A DNA stretch of 64,000 nt from the IMG/VR virus record IMGVR_UViG_3300025892_000009; one strand, written 5' to 3'. Each line of letters begins with the position of its first letter. Position 1 is the first letter of the stretch. The notes beneath the pieces were generated by a model. That model had not been told where the DNA came from, did no database searches, and worked only from the letters and a program-made list of their open reading frames with translations. Source of the stretch: a virus. This document shows, in pieces, positions 1 to 10,169 of the stretch. A program made the translations under genes and the position numbers.

Positions 1-724
1 TACCTGTAATTAGTGATACAAATCCACCTGGACCTGATCCTAATGTTGCTGCCATCGTGCCCAACTCGGTGAGCATTCTTCTTAGGTCAGTCTCAAATCC
101 TTCACCAGCAGATCCAGCAACACCATCACCAATTGCCTGTTTATCAACAGGCGGTTTCATCGGATTGGTTACCGCATTGCCTGGACTTTCAGACGCAAGA
201 ATAGGTATAGCGCCTCTTGATTCATCGGTACCACCCGATTCATTAGTAGGTGTAGTATTTTGATCTTTAACAAAAGGATTTCCATCCCTTTTCTCTTGAC
301 CTGTAGGAGTATCTACTTGTTTAGCATTAGCAGGTGCATTCTTTTCAGCATCTTTAGATGCAGCAACTGTAGTCTTCTTATCTGGTGCATCCTGTTGGAA
401 TCCACGGAAGTTTCCAAGCACCACTGGCAATTGTGCCTCGTCACCATCAAGGAAGAATCCTAATACCCATGCCCCAGGTTGTAGTCCTGTAGTTTGTCCA
501 GTGTTTTTAGTGCCTGCTTGACTATTGGGAAGTAGACACATTGCCCATGGAAGGACATCTGTGGGTATTTCCTTCTCATAATCTTGCTTTTCTTTATGTC
601 CCGTATACCATCCAAGAATACGTACACGAACTCTACCTAGTTGTGAGGGGTCACTAATATCTTCAACTTCTCCCACCCACCAAGTGTAACCATCTCTTCC
701 TAAGTAATCAGTCCGCTCTCTCAT
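1..724 (-). CDS. gp5: Baseplate hub/tail spike gp5, N-terminal OB-fold part (truncated at window edge)
   Basis: Manual translation from ATG at 724: MRERTDYLGRDGYTWWVGEVEDISDPSQLGRVRVRILGWY..., the typical gp5 N-terminal motif. Confidence 0.85.
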   Translation of the reverse strand, partial: MRERTDYLGRDGYTWWVGEVEDISDPSQLGRVRVRILGWYTGHKEKQDYEKEIPTDVLPWAMCLLPNSQAGTKNTGQTTGLQPGAWVLGFFLDGDEAQLPVVLGNFRGFQQDAPDKKTTVAASKDAEKNAPANAKQVDTPTGQEKRDGNPFVKDQNTTPTNESGGTDESRGAIPILASESPGNAVTNPMKPPVDKQAIGDGVAGSAGEGFETDLRRMLTELGTMAATLGSGPGGFVSLITG

Positions 725-752
725 TTTGTTTAAATTACCGTGTGATTATTTA

Positions 753-1214
753 TCAGATTTCTACAAATTCAAATTCACCATCAGTAGGCAACTTGCCCCA
801 CTTGAATTCTTTAGTTTCTAAATCGTATCCAGTATCTAATGATCTATATTCTTTACCACTAAATCTAGTATTAGATATTACTCTAGCACCTTTACTAATA
901 CATTCTCCTTTAGTAGTGCCATTCCACCACTCACCATCCCATGTCCAAATATAAGGACATGATCCAACTTCAGGATATAAAAGATTTTGAGACTCACTAA
1001 AACTAACTACAGTTGGACTGAGATATTCCCACTTAGTATGTCGATGTATGTATGGAGTTTTTTCACTTAGATACTTATACCAAGATTTTACTTCTAGTAA
1101 ATGATCTCCAATAACCTCAATTCGTATATCTATTTGAGGCCATTTAGCAGGATTAGACATCGCTTGCCTTTGATTCCTGTAATGACCCTGTATCAGTTCT
1201 TCAAAGCTATTCAT
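753..1214 (-). CDS. cpeT: CpeT-like phycobilin lyase (phage type)
   Basis: GHYRNQRQAMSNPAKWPQI, SWYKY, YRSLDTGYD and WG motifs typical of cyanophage CpeT. Confidence 0.8.
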   Translation of the reverse strand: MNSFEELIQGHYRNQRQAMSNPAKWPQIDIRIEVIGDHLLEVKSWYKYLSEKTPYIHRHTKWEYLSPTVVSFSESQNLLYPEVGSCPYIWTWDGEWWNGTTKGECISKGARVISNTRFSGKEYRSLDTGYDLETKEFKWGKLPTDGEFEFVEI

Positions 1215-1232
1215 TGCAACCCTACATGGTTG

Positions 1233-1261
1233 ATTATAATAAATTATTGTATACTTGTCAA
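1233..1261 (-). promoter_or_regulatory. Sigma70-type promoter upstream of cpeT
   Basis: Perfect TTGACA-17 nt-TATAAT on the minus strand. Confidence 0.85.
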
Positions 1262-1262
1262 G

Positions 1263-1502
1263 TCAATCTTCGTAGACTAGACATTCTGGTTCTGATGGGT
1301 TAGCATCACAGAATAATTCTAGGTAAGTAGGATCATGGTGATCACCTGCCGCAATCTCTTTCTTATGATGCTCTGCATAATCTTCTAACTCATGCAACTC
1401 GCCTTCAATATGACGGCGTTGCTGTGGAGAGATATTAGCATTGTCAAGAATTTTCTTGTCAGTTTCGATATGTTTTTCGATACTTTCCATGGTATCATTC
1501 AA
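1263..1502 (-). CDS. cp12: CP12 Calvin cycle inhibitor (C-terminal Cys pair only)
   Basis: C-terminal FCDANPSEPECLVYED motif. Confidence 0.9.
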   Translation of the reverse strand: MNDTMESIEKHIETDKKILDNANISPQQRRHIEGELHELEDYAEHHKKEIAAGDHHDPTYLELFCDANPSEPECLVYED

Positions 1503-1526
1503 GCGTTAACAATGATATTTATCATT

Positions 1527-2894
1527 TTAGTATGATGGCTTCTTGATAGAGTCCCTCATAAGTGTGAGTTTCGACGTTAAACCTTCCCTCTTATATGTGT
1601 GACTAACTGCTGCTATAATGTATTTGCCGCTATACTTTCGATCCTCTTTAACCTTTGCATTATTGCCAGAAGATTGCTCCGATGCAGGAATACGCACTTT
1701 AATTAACTGCCCTGCCATCAATGCAGTGTTACCAGGAACAACGATTGTTAACTGTACAGACTTAAGCAAACTATATCTGGCAGATGCATAAAGACCTACT
1801 TGTGATGTATCTTCATTAGATGTTGTTCCTGCATTTGCTGGTCCACTTCCACGTTGATTTTTCATATCAGGCAATGCTCTAATGTGCATCCTGGTAGGTC
1901 CAGCATCTCTAATATCTGCAGGAACTTCATACGGTGGTGTCTTTTCAATGGTACTTGCCATTCCAAAAACCTGATTAAAATCAATAATTTTAGGTTGAGT
2001 TATAGATCCCCTCTTATCATTATTGCCAGAGTCGGTAAGTTTAGAATTTGTCGGTATGGGTAATGATATACCAATCAACATGGACTTATATGTGCCCAGT
2101 CTCATGTTTCTAAGGTGATCCGCTTTATCTGGATACTGCACACTTTCAATGGAATACATTCCATCATCTGCAGGATCTGCACCTTGCTGTTGCAAGATGT
2201 ATGTAAAATTCTCTGCTCCTTGAATTGCACCCTCACACAGTCCATCAACTGAGTAAAATACATATCCATCTCTATTCTCAAAGAAAAGATATCCAGATTG
2301 TTTTGTAGATGACTTACCACCTTTCTGTCTTACGACTTTATCTGAGAGATATGATATAGCATCTGTGACTTTCCAATTAGGTGAGATAAAGTTAATGGTG
2401 CTATGAGATTCAAAATTCTTACCTTTTATTCTACTCTTAGCATCATCACCCCAATACTTTTCACACAAGTGTTTAGGTATGTTGCTAATATTTTTTGCTC
2501 CACCACCCATTGGACCAAATGATTTAAAAACTTTGCTCATCTCATTATTATAGATTTCAGGTGATGCACAATGTAAGATATACATCTGACCACGCTCAGA
2601 CTTAATAATACTACCGATCTTAAACACCTTAAGTTTCATCTTCAGGTGTTTGCCTTTTGCACTGTCAGTAACAACATCAATGTTGATAATCTCTCCACCC
2701 TGCAGAGTCTTGTTAAAGTCTACAGAGTCAACAATAGTAAAATCACAACGGACAAATGGGGACTCAATAGATTCGATGTATTCAAAATCTGCTACGATAT
2801 CTTTAATATCGTACGCATTGGATCCACCTCCTGAGTTGACTACTTCCAACTCAATTTTCTTTAATTCGTACTGTCTAGATCTTCGATTTGCCAT
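1527..2894 (-). CDS. Putative baseplate hub protein (gp27-like)
   Basis: Located between gp5 and the tape-measure-like genes; N-terminal YIESIESPF..FTIVDS and C-terminal GKYIIAAVSH pattern resemble contractile-tail hubs. Confidence 0.5.
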   Translation of the reverse strand: MANRRSRQYELKKIELEVVNSGGGSNAYDIKDIVADFEYIESIESPFVRCDFTIVDSVDFNKTLQGGEIINIDVVTDSAKGKHLKMKLKVFKIGSIIKSERGQMYILHCASPEIYNNEMSKVFKSFGPMGGGAKNISNIPKHLCEKYWGDDAKSRIKGKNFESHSTINFISPNWKVTDAISYLSDKVVRQKGGKSSTKQSGYLFFENRDGYVFYSVDGLCEGAIQGAENFTYILQQQGADPADDGMYSIESVQYPDKADHLRNMRLGTYKSMLIGISLPIPTNSKLTDSGNNDKRGSITQPKIIDFNQVFGMASTIEKTPPYEVPADIRDAGPTRMHIRALPDMKNQRGSGPANAGTTSNEDTSQVGLYASARYSLLKSVQLTIVVPGNTALMAGQLIKVRIPASEQSSGNNAKVKEDRKYSGKYIIAAVSHTYKREGLTSKLTLMRDSIKKPSY

Positions 2895-2895
2895 T

Positions 2896-5769
2896 TTACA
2901 TTAAGTCAACCATGTCGTTATTGAAGTCTGCAACCAGACCGAATTTACTCATAAGATAAGGATCCGCTTGCATTTGATCTGGTCCTGGCATTACTATAGG
3001 CATAGAAGATTCCCCACTACTACCCCCAGGTATTGCGGGTAATGTGGCAGATCTAGATATCTGTTTGACATCTTGGGCAGTCATCTTCTTCTTAGCTTTA
3101 GTTTCTTCCTGCTTGAGTTTTCCTTCATTTAAACTCTTGCCAGTATCTGCCATCGTTGTGCCAAGTCTATTAAACAACTCAGTCAGGGACTCCATGCCCT
3201 GATCCATGGCACTTTTCTTTTCTTCTCCATCCTTTGGTGGATCCTTTATAGTTATATCTCTAAGTGACCTGTCTTCTAAAGCACCCGCAATTAGATTCCC
3301 TTCTTTATCCTTAGCGCCTGGAAGTGCTGACAGTGTGCCATCCTTACTAGGCATTGCAAACTGTCTAGCAGCACCTGCTGCCATATTCTTAGATTGATCC
3401 TCAGAATATCCTTTACTCTTGTTATAATTATAGTTTGCTTGGAAAGATTGATTATATGCATGTGCAATATTTGCATTATCATCAATCTTGATTGATTTCA
3501 GATCATACTTAAAACTACCTCCTTTTCCACGAGAGTTACTTCCCGTAAATTTGCCATGTTTCTTCTTAAGATATGACTTAAATGCAGTAGATTCTGTAAC
3601 TGCTTTAAATTCTGCAGATCCAGGTTTTACTCCTGTGAGATCATCAGGTTTAAAGAAATTATCACTGACAATTTTATTCATCTGCTTGACAGTGACATCA
3701 CCATTTTTCTCAGCGTATCTGAGGATATATCCTTTGTCGTCGTGTGTGATCCTGTCTGAGTTGATAGTATCCTTATTATACTCTGAGGGACTAAAGTCAA
3801 TTTTGCCACCTTCAGCATATCCCTTTATGGTTGGTTTTATTGCACCACCCATAGAGAATTTTGGCATAGCATAACCACCAGCAGATGCTTGACGCATTCT
3901 AGTACTAGTGAGACCTCTATTCTTTCTAGTTGCGGGAGTATCAAACGGTACAACAAATGCACCACCTTGAGAATATCCCTTATATCCTACCCACTCAGTG
4001 CCATGTCCAATAAATGATACATTACGTCCACCATCTAAGGAGACAGGGTATCCAGATTGTGGACCAGATATCCAACCACCACCAGATGCTCTTGGCACTT
4101 GAAGTGCTCCTGGCACTTGAAGTGCTCCTGGCACTTGAAGTGCTCCACCTTCAGAAAATCCTAATAAATTTTTACCCCAATTCCATGCTGCACTTACTGC
4201 ATCCTTCGCGGCACCTAATGGATTTGTCACCAACTTAGCAATAAATCCACTAATATATTTTAGATTAGCAATAATGCCCTGATTGGAAGACAATACCTCA
4301 ATCATCGCATCGTAAAACTTTTCTTCTTTACTAACTAAGGGAGCAATCCCACCAGCAGCAAACGACGGTAAAATAGTAGTCTTTACAGGCTTTACAGGAC
4401 CACCTGCTGATTTACCCTCAACAGATGACTTAGATTTACCTTTCTTAGGTGTGAAGAATTTGAGCACCTCAGTCAGTGCTTTCATGCCCAAAAAGAGCGG
4501 CATGAACATCGCTTTGACACCAAAACCTAGTATCTTTGTGATCAATGGTAGATGTGGTTCGATGGCATCCAAAATGCCATTCATAAATCCACCAACTGCT
4601 TCAAAGAACTCAGTAAAGGTATCTTTGATTGGAGCCATTACTGTATTAAATACATCTCCAATCATGCCGAAGAATTTACCAATAGGCTCAGTAAGAGGCT
4701 CTAGCATACCTCCGATACCTTTACCTATCAATCCACCTGCTGCAGCACCAGCAGCACCCCCTAGAGGACCTCCAATGGCACCACCAATAGCAGCACCAGC
4801 ACCAGCACCTACACCTGCTCCAATTGCCTCAGCACTGGATCCACCAGTTGATGCAACAATTCCTGCAGCAAGAGTACCTGCTCCAATAACTCCAGCAGCT
4901 TTAGCAAATTTACCCTTTGCAAATGTTTTTAGTTTTCCAGCAAGTTTCCCTGCCTTAAACATATTCATTATGCCTTTGCCAACTGTGGCAAGCACCCATG
5001 TCAGTGCTTTTACAGTCGATAAAGGATTCTTAAGAAATGCAATACCAACAAATAATGGTGCTGCAGATAATAGAAATTGTATTGCTCCAAACAGTCCGTT
5101 TAGACTAATAGGATTCTCAAGGAATTTAATGAGTCCATCGAACGCGGATCCGACGAGAAAGCTGGCAACCTCGTAGACGAACTTGCCCAAAGATGCGAGT
5201 CCTTTGGCAAGTTTTGCCATCTTCTCAGGATTTTTCTCCATCCAATCAAGGATGCCAAAAATAACAAAGAATTTGAGAAACATCCCAGCAATTCTTGCCA
5301 GTGCTCCAAATAATCCACCAAATGCTTTCTTAGTATTCTCTTTAAATTCCTTCCTGATCTTACTGAAAAGTCCAGGTTTTCCTTTTTCAGAATCCTCTTC
5401 TCCCTGATCTCTTTTCTTTCTTGCCTCTTCCTTCTTTCTACGTGTTATCTCGTCCTTTTGTCGCTTCTCTTCCTTTTTAGCTATCTTATTTTCATACTTA
5501 ATAATCTTATCAGCATTCTTAATCTGAGTATTGATAGACTTACTTAATGTCTCTGTCAGAGTTGCAACAGTAAGTGATACACTGTTAAGAGTGGCACCAA
5601 TAGAGTTTGTGCCAGATAATAGAGTCTTTACCCCTTCTTGCACCTCTCCCATTGCTGCAGCAGCAGTGAGAGGTGTAAATTGCTTACTAGACGACCCCGA
5701 TGACCCTTTAAAAGAGATCATCTTATAAAGTTTTGCCTTAGGCACCTTTTTGGTTACAGTTTCTGCCAT
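2896..5769 (-). CDS. Large tail/baseplate protein, tape-measure-like (957 aa)
   Basis: Helical amphipathic repeats and Gly/Ala-rich hydrophobic segment; same architecture as the adjacent 1158-aa paralog; in the baseplate module. Confidence 0.5.
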   Translation of the reverse strand: MAETVTKKVPKAKLYKMISFKGSSGSSSKQFTPLTAAAAMGEVQEGVKTLLSGTNSIGATLNSVSLTVATLTETLSKSINTQIKNADKIIKYENKIAKKEEKRQKDEITRRKKEEARKKRDQGEEDSEKGKPGLFSKIRKEFKENTKKAFGGLFGALARIAGMFLKFFVIFGILDWMEKNPEKMAKLAKGLASLGKFVYEVASFLVGSAFDGLIKFLENPISLNGLFGAIQFLLSAAPLFVGIAFLKNPLSTVKALTWVLATVGKGIMNMFKAGKLAGKLKTFAKGKFAKAAGVIGAGTLAAGIVASTGGSSAEAIGAGVGAGAGAAIGGAIGGPLGGAAGAAAGGLIGKGIGGMLEPLTEPIGKFFGMIGDVFNTVMAPIKDTFTEFFEAVGGFMNGILDAIEPHLPLITKILGFGVKAMFMPLFLGMKALTEVLKFFTPKKGKSKSSVEGKSAGGPVKPVKTTILPSFAAGGIAPLVSKEEKFYDAMIEVLSSNQGIIANLKYISGFIAKLVTNPLGAAKDAVSAAWNWGKNLLGFSEGGALQVPGALQVPGALQVPRASGGGWISGPQSGYPVSLDGGRNVSFIGHGTEWVGYKGYSQGGAFVVPFDTPATRKNRGLTSTRMRQASAGGYAMPKFSMGGAIKPTIKGYAEGGKIDFSPSEYNKDTINSDRITHDDKGYILRYAEKNGDVTVKQMNKIVSDNFFKPDDLTGVKPGSAEFKAVTESTAFKSYLKKKHGKFTGSNSRGKGGSFKYDLKSIKIDDNANIAHAYNQSFQANYNYNKSKGYSEDQSKNMAAGAARQFAMPSKDGTLSALPGAKDKEGNLIAGALEDRSLRDITIKDPPKDGEEKKSAMDQGMESLTELFNRLGTTMADTGKSLNEGKLKQEETKAKKKMTAQDVKQISRSATLPAIPGGSSGESSMPIVMPGPDQMQADPYLMSKFGLVADFNNDMVDLM
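4093..4146. repeat. Perfect 3 x 18-bp in-frame tandem repeat (GALQVP x3)
   Basis: tggcacttgaagtgctcc repeated three times; each unit contains the inverted repeat GCACTT-G-AAGTGC. Confidence 0.95.
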
Positions 5770-5772
5770 GGG

Positions 5773-8700
5773 TTATTGTGTCAGCATGGGTGAAGGTTTT
5801 GTATGAACCACAGTGGGTCTACCACCACCTACATTATTTATTACAGGTTGCACCACTTCATTAGTAATTACTACTGGTGCTGCTGAATCCATTTCATCGT
5901 CTATTTGTTTCTGAGCACGCACTTTAGATCTAGTTTGCACTGCACCCCACTTCTTACTAACATCATCTCCAATATTTGCCTTATCGATTAAAGTTCTTGC
6001 TCTAACTGCAGATTCAGCAGCCTCTCCACGAAATGTGCTATTACCAATAGAAGATTTTTGTAGTCTTTCATCATTATTAGATAATCCAAGTCCTTTGCTG
6101 AATGCATCTCTGAAACCAACTTTGAATAGAGACACTAAAGAATCAAGACTTTGCTCTAAAGTTTGTGGTTGCGTTTCTGTTGTTGTTTCCGACGTTTCTG
6201 ACTGTGATGACTGTGATTGGTTTCCTTCTCCAGTTGTAGATGAATCTCCAGTAATATTTTTAGCATCACCAATTTGTGTAGATGGTTTGATTGATCTAGG
6301 TGCCTTCCACCACCAAACATCTCCATTTGGTAATTGATTTTGGAAGATCTCCTTATTCATGAAATAATACTTACCAGGACCACTTGTCTTACTATCAGCA
6401 CTGTTAGTTTTCTTCCAAGTGCCCCCTTTGTTTAGTTGTCCAAATGGATCATGAACCACAAATCCATTATTTTTGTAACCAACGACCATACCCCAGTGAC
6501 CCGATCCCTTGTATTTGAATCCAACTGGGACAGGATATCCAGCATCAACTTCTTTTCTTAAATCGCTATGACTACCACCAAACCGTAAATCAGAATCAAT
6601 ACCTAGATCTTTAAGTGCTCTTCTTTGAGGCTCTTTCTGAGTAGAAATACCATACTTACTACGAATCTTATTATATTCTTCAGATGACATCGACTTATCG
6701 AGAAGTTGCGATGCCCACATTGCCATTGTGGTTGAATAGCACTGTGTATCACCAGGGCGACCATATTTGTCTGCACTGTTTGCTCTCTGGTTTAAGTAAG
6801 GTACATTTTCAATGATCTTACCACCCTCTGCAGCAAACTGAATACCAGCACGCTTACTACTTCCAGTTTCCATCACACCTGCTTCATCATTACGACGCCA
6901 GCTATTGATACCACCGTTATGACTTGCTAATTTATTACGATACACATCAACAACTGGACCGTAATCACCACTATTCAGTGCCTGTTTTACAATACCTCTG
7001 ATACCAGCACCATCTAAAGATCCATAGTTAAAGACTACAGACTCAAGACCTGCTTTTACTTTATTAGGTGCCTTATTATAGTCACTACCAACCTCATCAA
7101 TGAGACGCTGACGGTGCTCAATAATATGCTTAGACTTGATCCAATATGCTTCCTCTTCAGTAATCGTGTCACCACGTTTGACCTTACCAGACTTACGGAA
7201 TCCAGATGGATAGTAGGTTGCACCAATACCAATGGTAGGAATTTCCCAACCATAGTTAGCATCGGCATATGCCTCTAGTCTTAGTCCCTCATAATCACCC
7301 AACAGTGCTGCAAACTTCTCATCAAATCCACCACCGATGGTTTTGGGAGTTGTGCCACCAGGTCCACCACTGCTAGTGTTGCCACTAGAAGCATTACTAC
7401 TACCACCACCGTTGTCCATGCCGCTAGATTCAGCAGGTCTGGTAGTTTTCTTTCCCTGTAGTCCTTGTAGGAAAACGACTAACTTTTGTAAGATACCTGC
7501 AATACCATTCCTTTTATCGGACATCAACTCAAGCAGTTTGTCTTGCTTTCTTTCAATTCTGAGGGATTGGGGCACATTTCCACCCATTGCCATAGGAACA
7601 GGACCACCTGCTGCTCTACCCATACCATCAAGGTCTGTTAGTCCAAATGTAAGAAAGTCAACATATCCAGCTGCAACACTCTTAGGATCCATTAGGCGCT
7701 TGGCAGCACTAATGACCATTTGGACTGTCTTACCTATGGCATTAAAGACTCCTTTCAATACGAAATCAATAAAGTCCTTTAGGATTCCAACAACATCAAA
7801 GAGGATACCAACAAATGCCCCAACAAACTCAAATAATGCTCCAAATAACTCCTTGAAAGGTTGAAATACTTCTCCAAAAACACCACCTACGACTGTAGTT
7901 AGCATCTTAAAGTATCTACCAATAGGTCCAAAGATAGGCTCTAAGATAGGACCAATAGTTTTACCTACCCATTCTCCTAGGAATCCACCAATCATATTAC
8001 CTAGGATCGGTGCTAATGGTCCTAAGAAGGGTGCAACTGCAGTTAACGCTGCAGCACCAGCAATACCACCTACTGCTTGTCCAACACCTGCCCCTACTGC
8101 AGTACCTGTAGATTCTCCACTAGCAAGACCACCAGCAATACGAGTAACACCACCTAAAACAGCAAAACCACCAGCAACTTTACCAGGATTTGCCTTAGCA
8201 AATCGTCCGACTCCTCTAGTAAACTTTTTACCAGCAATTCTTCCTCTCTGCTGGAGCTTTCTTAGGGGACCTTTCTTACTATTATACTGACCCTGCAATC
8301 TCCCATCAAGCTCATCCTGATATAGACTGGATTGATATCCTTTGCCTGCACCTTTCGCTCTCTTTGCATCTTGTCGTCTAGCAGACTTTCGCATCTGCTC
8401 TACTTCTTCTTTAGTGTAGATGACGCCCGTCTTCTTATCTCTATATCCAGTACTTCTTCTTTCAGCAGAGACTTCTCCCTCTACTTCCATCAATGCATTT
8501 TTATTAAAAATACCTTTAACAAAGTTGATGTCCTGCATCAACTTCCATGGCATTATGACATATGATGCTAATTTTAATGCAGCAATGCCACCAAATAATT
8601 GAAGTGCTCCAAAAAGAAATCTAAAACCTCTTGCAACAATATTTTCATTAATGCCGTTTGCACTATGATCACCAAATAGATTGGTGAGTCCATTCATCAC

Positions 8701-9249
8701 TGTGCCAATACCAAAGAAAGCAATATTTTTGGCAAACTTGCCAATAGCAAACATTAATTTGAATAGTTTTACTACCTTATCTGGATTCTTCTCCATGAAG
8801 TCCAAAACACCAAACATAATAAAATATTTGACAATCGTCCCTAGGATACCTCCAATTGCACGAAAAAATCCCTGGATTGGTTTCTTAATCGTATCTAATC
8901 TTTTCTTCTCGTCTTTCTTTGCATCCTTAGTGCCTGCTTCAGCATCGTTTTCTGCTTTATTTCTTTTCTTTTTCCCAAATAGTTTCGTTTGAAATTTCTT
9001 TAGTTTATCGGCAAATGTTTCTTTTCTTTTCTCCTCATCCTCAATTACTTTTATCTTCCGCCCATATTGATCCCTAAGGAATTCTCTTTCAAACTCAATA
9101 AGTTTTCTACTTTGCTCTAAATTGGTCCCAACACCGTACAATGTCGTGCCAAGACGATTGACGCCTTTACGAATTCCGTTAAAATTAGTGCCAATGTTTG
9201 TCTTGGCACCAAAAGGTTTAATTTTTACGAAACTACGGATAGTAGACAT
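5773..9249 (-). CDS. Large tape-measure-like virion protein with GH24 lysozyme and C39-like peptidase domains
   Basis: YEGLRLEAYAD...PTIGIG (lysozyme E-x8-D..T); VPYLNQ..QCYSTTMAM..GHWGMVVGY..HDP (C39-like Cys-His-Asp). Confidence 0.7.
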   Translation of the reverse strand: MSTIRSFVKIKPFGAKTNIGTNFNGIRKGVNRLGTTLYGVGTNLEQSRKLIEFEREFLRDQYGRKIKVIEDEEKRKETFADKLKKFQTKLFGKKKRNKAENDAEAGTKDAKKDEKKRLDTIKKPIQGFFRAIGGILGTIVKYFIMFGVLDFMEKNPDKVVKLFKLMFAIGKFAKNIAFFGIGTVMNGLTNLFGDHSANGINENIVARGFRFLFGALQLFGGIAALKLASYVIMPWKLMQDINFVKGIFNKNALMEVEGEVSAERRSTGYRDKKTGVIYTKEEVEQMRKSARRQDAKRAKGAGKGYQSSLYQDELDGRLQGQYNSKKGPLRKLQQRGRIAGKKFTRGVGRFAKANPGKVAGGFAVLGGVTRIAGGLASGESTGTAVGAGVGQAVGGIAGAAALTAVAPFLGPLAPILGNMIGGFLGEWVGKTIGPILEPIFGPIGRYFKMLTTVVGGVFGEVFQPFKELFGALFEFVGAFVGILFDVVGILKDFIDFVLKGVFNAIGKTVQMVISAAKRLMDPKSVAAGYVDFLTFGLTDLDGMGRAAGGPVPMAMGGNVPQSLRIERKQDKLLELMSDKRNGIAGILQKLVVFLQGLQGKKTTRPAESSGMDNGGGSSNASSGNTSSGGPGGTTPKTIGGGFDEKFAALLGDYEGLRLEAYADANYGWEIPTIGIGATYYPSGFRKSGKVKRGDTITEEEAYWIKSKHIIEHRQRLIDEVGSDYNKAPNKVKAGLESVVFNYGSLDGAGIRGIVKQALNSGDYGPVVDVYRNKLASHNGGINSWRRNDEAGVMETGSSKRAGIQFAAEGGKIIENVPYLNQRANSADKYGRPGDTQCYSTTMAMWASQLLDKSMSSEEYNKIRSKYGISTQKEPQRRALKDLGIDSDLRFGGSHSDLRKEVDAGYPVPVGFKYKGSGHWGMVVGYKNNGFVVHDPFGQLNKGGTWKKTNSADSKTSGPGKYYFMNKEIFQNQLPNGDVWWWKAPRSIKPSTQIGDAKNITGDSSTTGEGNQSQSSQSETSETTTETQPQTLEQSLDSLVSLFKVGFRDAFSKGLGLSNNDERLQKSSIGNSTFRGEAAESAVRARTLIDKANIGDDVSKKWGAVQTRSKVRAQKQIDDEMDSAAPVVITNEVVQPVINNVGGGRPTVVHTKPSPMLTQ

Positions 9250-9434
9250 TAGAGAGACATACGATTTTTCTCTTGGGATTGCCGTCTTTCCTCTTCAGCA
9301 ATGTATGCTAATAGGAGATTCACATATACATCTCTTTCCCACGGCATCATATTCTCCAACTCAGAGAGAGAATACTTATGATGTTGCATCAATGCAAAAT
9401 TGGTCTTGTAGTAATTTTCAAGACTATCATGCAT
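9249..9434 (-). CDS. gp51: Baseplate hub assembly catalyst gp51
   Basis: NFALMQHHKYSLSELENMMPWERDVY motif; adjacent to gp26. Confidence 0.8.
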   Translation of the reverse strand: MHDSLENYYKTNFALMQHHKYSLSELENMMPWERDVYVNLLLAYIAEEERRQSQEKNRMSL

Positions 9435-9439
9435 TAGGG

Positions 9440-10144
9440 CTACTCGAAAAAACTTGCGAGACCCTCTAGGACGATATCAGATTTCTTTTTAGTTTTAGGA
9501 TTTTGAATTTCAAGTGTGTAGGACAACTTAGGCATAGTTTCAAAGAAATTTTGAATCTTGACAAATTGATCAGAGTTTAGATTCTCCAAAAAGTCAAGTG
9601 CTTCCTGTTTCGTGAAACTGTCATAAATTTCCTCATCATCATATACTTGAGAGATGCATCCAGCAGCAAGTGCGAATACATCATCAATCCCAGGATTATC
9701 AGACATATTTTGATTGACAAATACTTCCAAGGAAGGATATTTCATGATCACCCCAACTGTATCATCTAGTTTGATTTTAGTTGTGTGCCCTTCAGGCACA
9801 ACTACCTCAATCTGATCAAGGGGGATTTGTACAGTTACTTGAGTTTCATCATCATCTGGACAAGTGACTTTAAATTCACTGACCTCACCAACTGCTTTAC
9901 CTCTAATTTTTAGAAAGATGTACTCGATCTCAAATGTAGAGAGATCTTCAACTTTATTCTTTAGATTTGTGCAGTTTTTGACAATAGTTTTAACTGCCTT
10001 GATCATTTCTTTATCGTTTTGTGACTCCATCGCGAGATAGAGAAGTTTCTCTTCTTTTACAAGAAAAGGACGATAAGCAACTTTTGTATCCGAAAGAGGC
10101 AGAGTCAATTCGTATTCAGGAATTGCAAGCTTTGGTAAAGGCAT
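9440..10144 (-). CDS. gp26: Baseplate hub subunit gp26
   Basis: MPLPKL..YRPFLVKEEKLL..CPDD motifs. Confidence 0.9.
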   Translation of the reverse strand: MPLPKLAIPEYELTLPLSDTKVAYRPFLVKEEKLLYLAMESQNDKEMIKAVKTIVKNCTNLKNKVEDLSTFEIEYIFLKIRGKAVGEVSEFKVTCPDDDETQVTVQIPLDQIEVVVPEGHTTKIKLDDTVGVIMKYPSLEVFVNQNMSDNPGIDDVFALAAGCISQVYDDEEIYDSFTKQEALDFLENLNSDQFVKIQNFFETMPKLSYTLEIQNPKTKKKSDIVLEGLASFFE

Positions 10145-10169
10145 AATACACCATGATTATTGTAAGTAT

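Noticed and set aside
4093-4146. Palindromic repeat as a mini-CRISPR
   Set aside because: Units are contiguous with no spacers, in frame, inside a coding gene
4451-5176. 241-aa plus-strand ORF antisense to the tape-measure-like gene
   Set aside because: Mirror of a Gly/Ala-rich coding region; no independent signals
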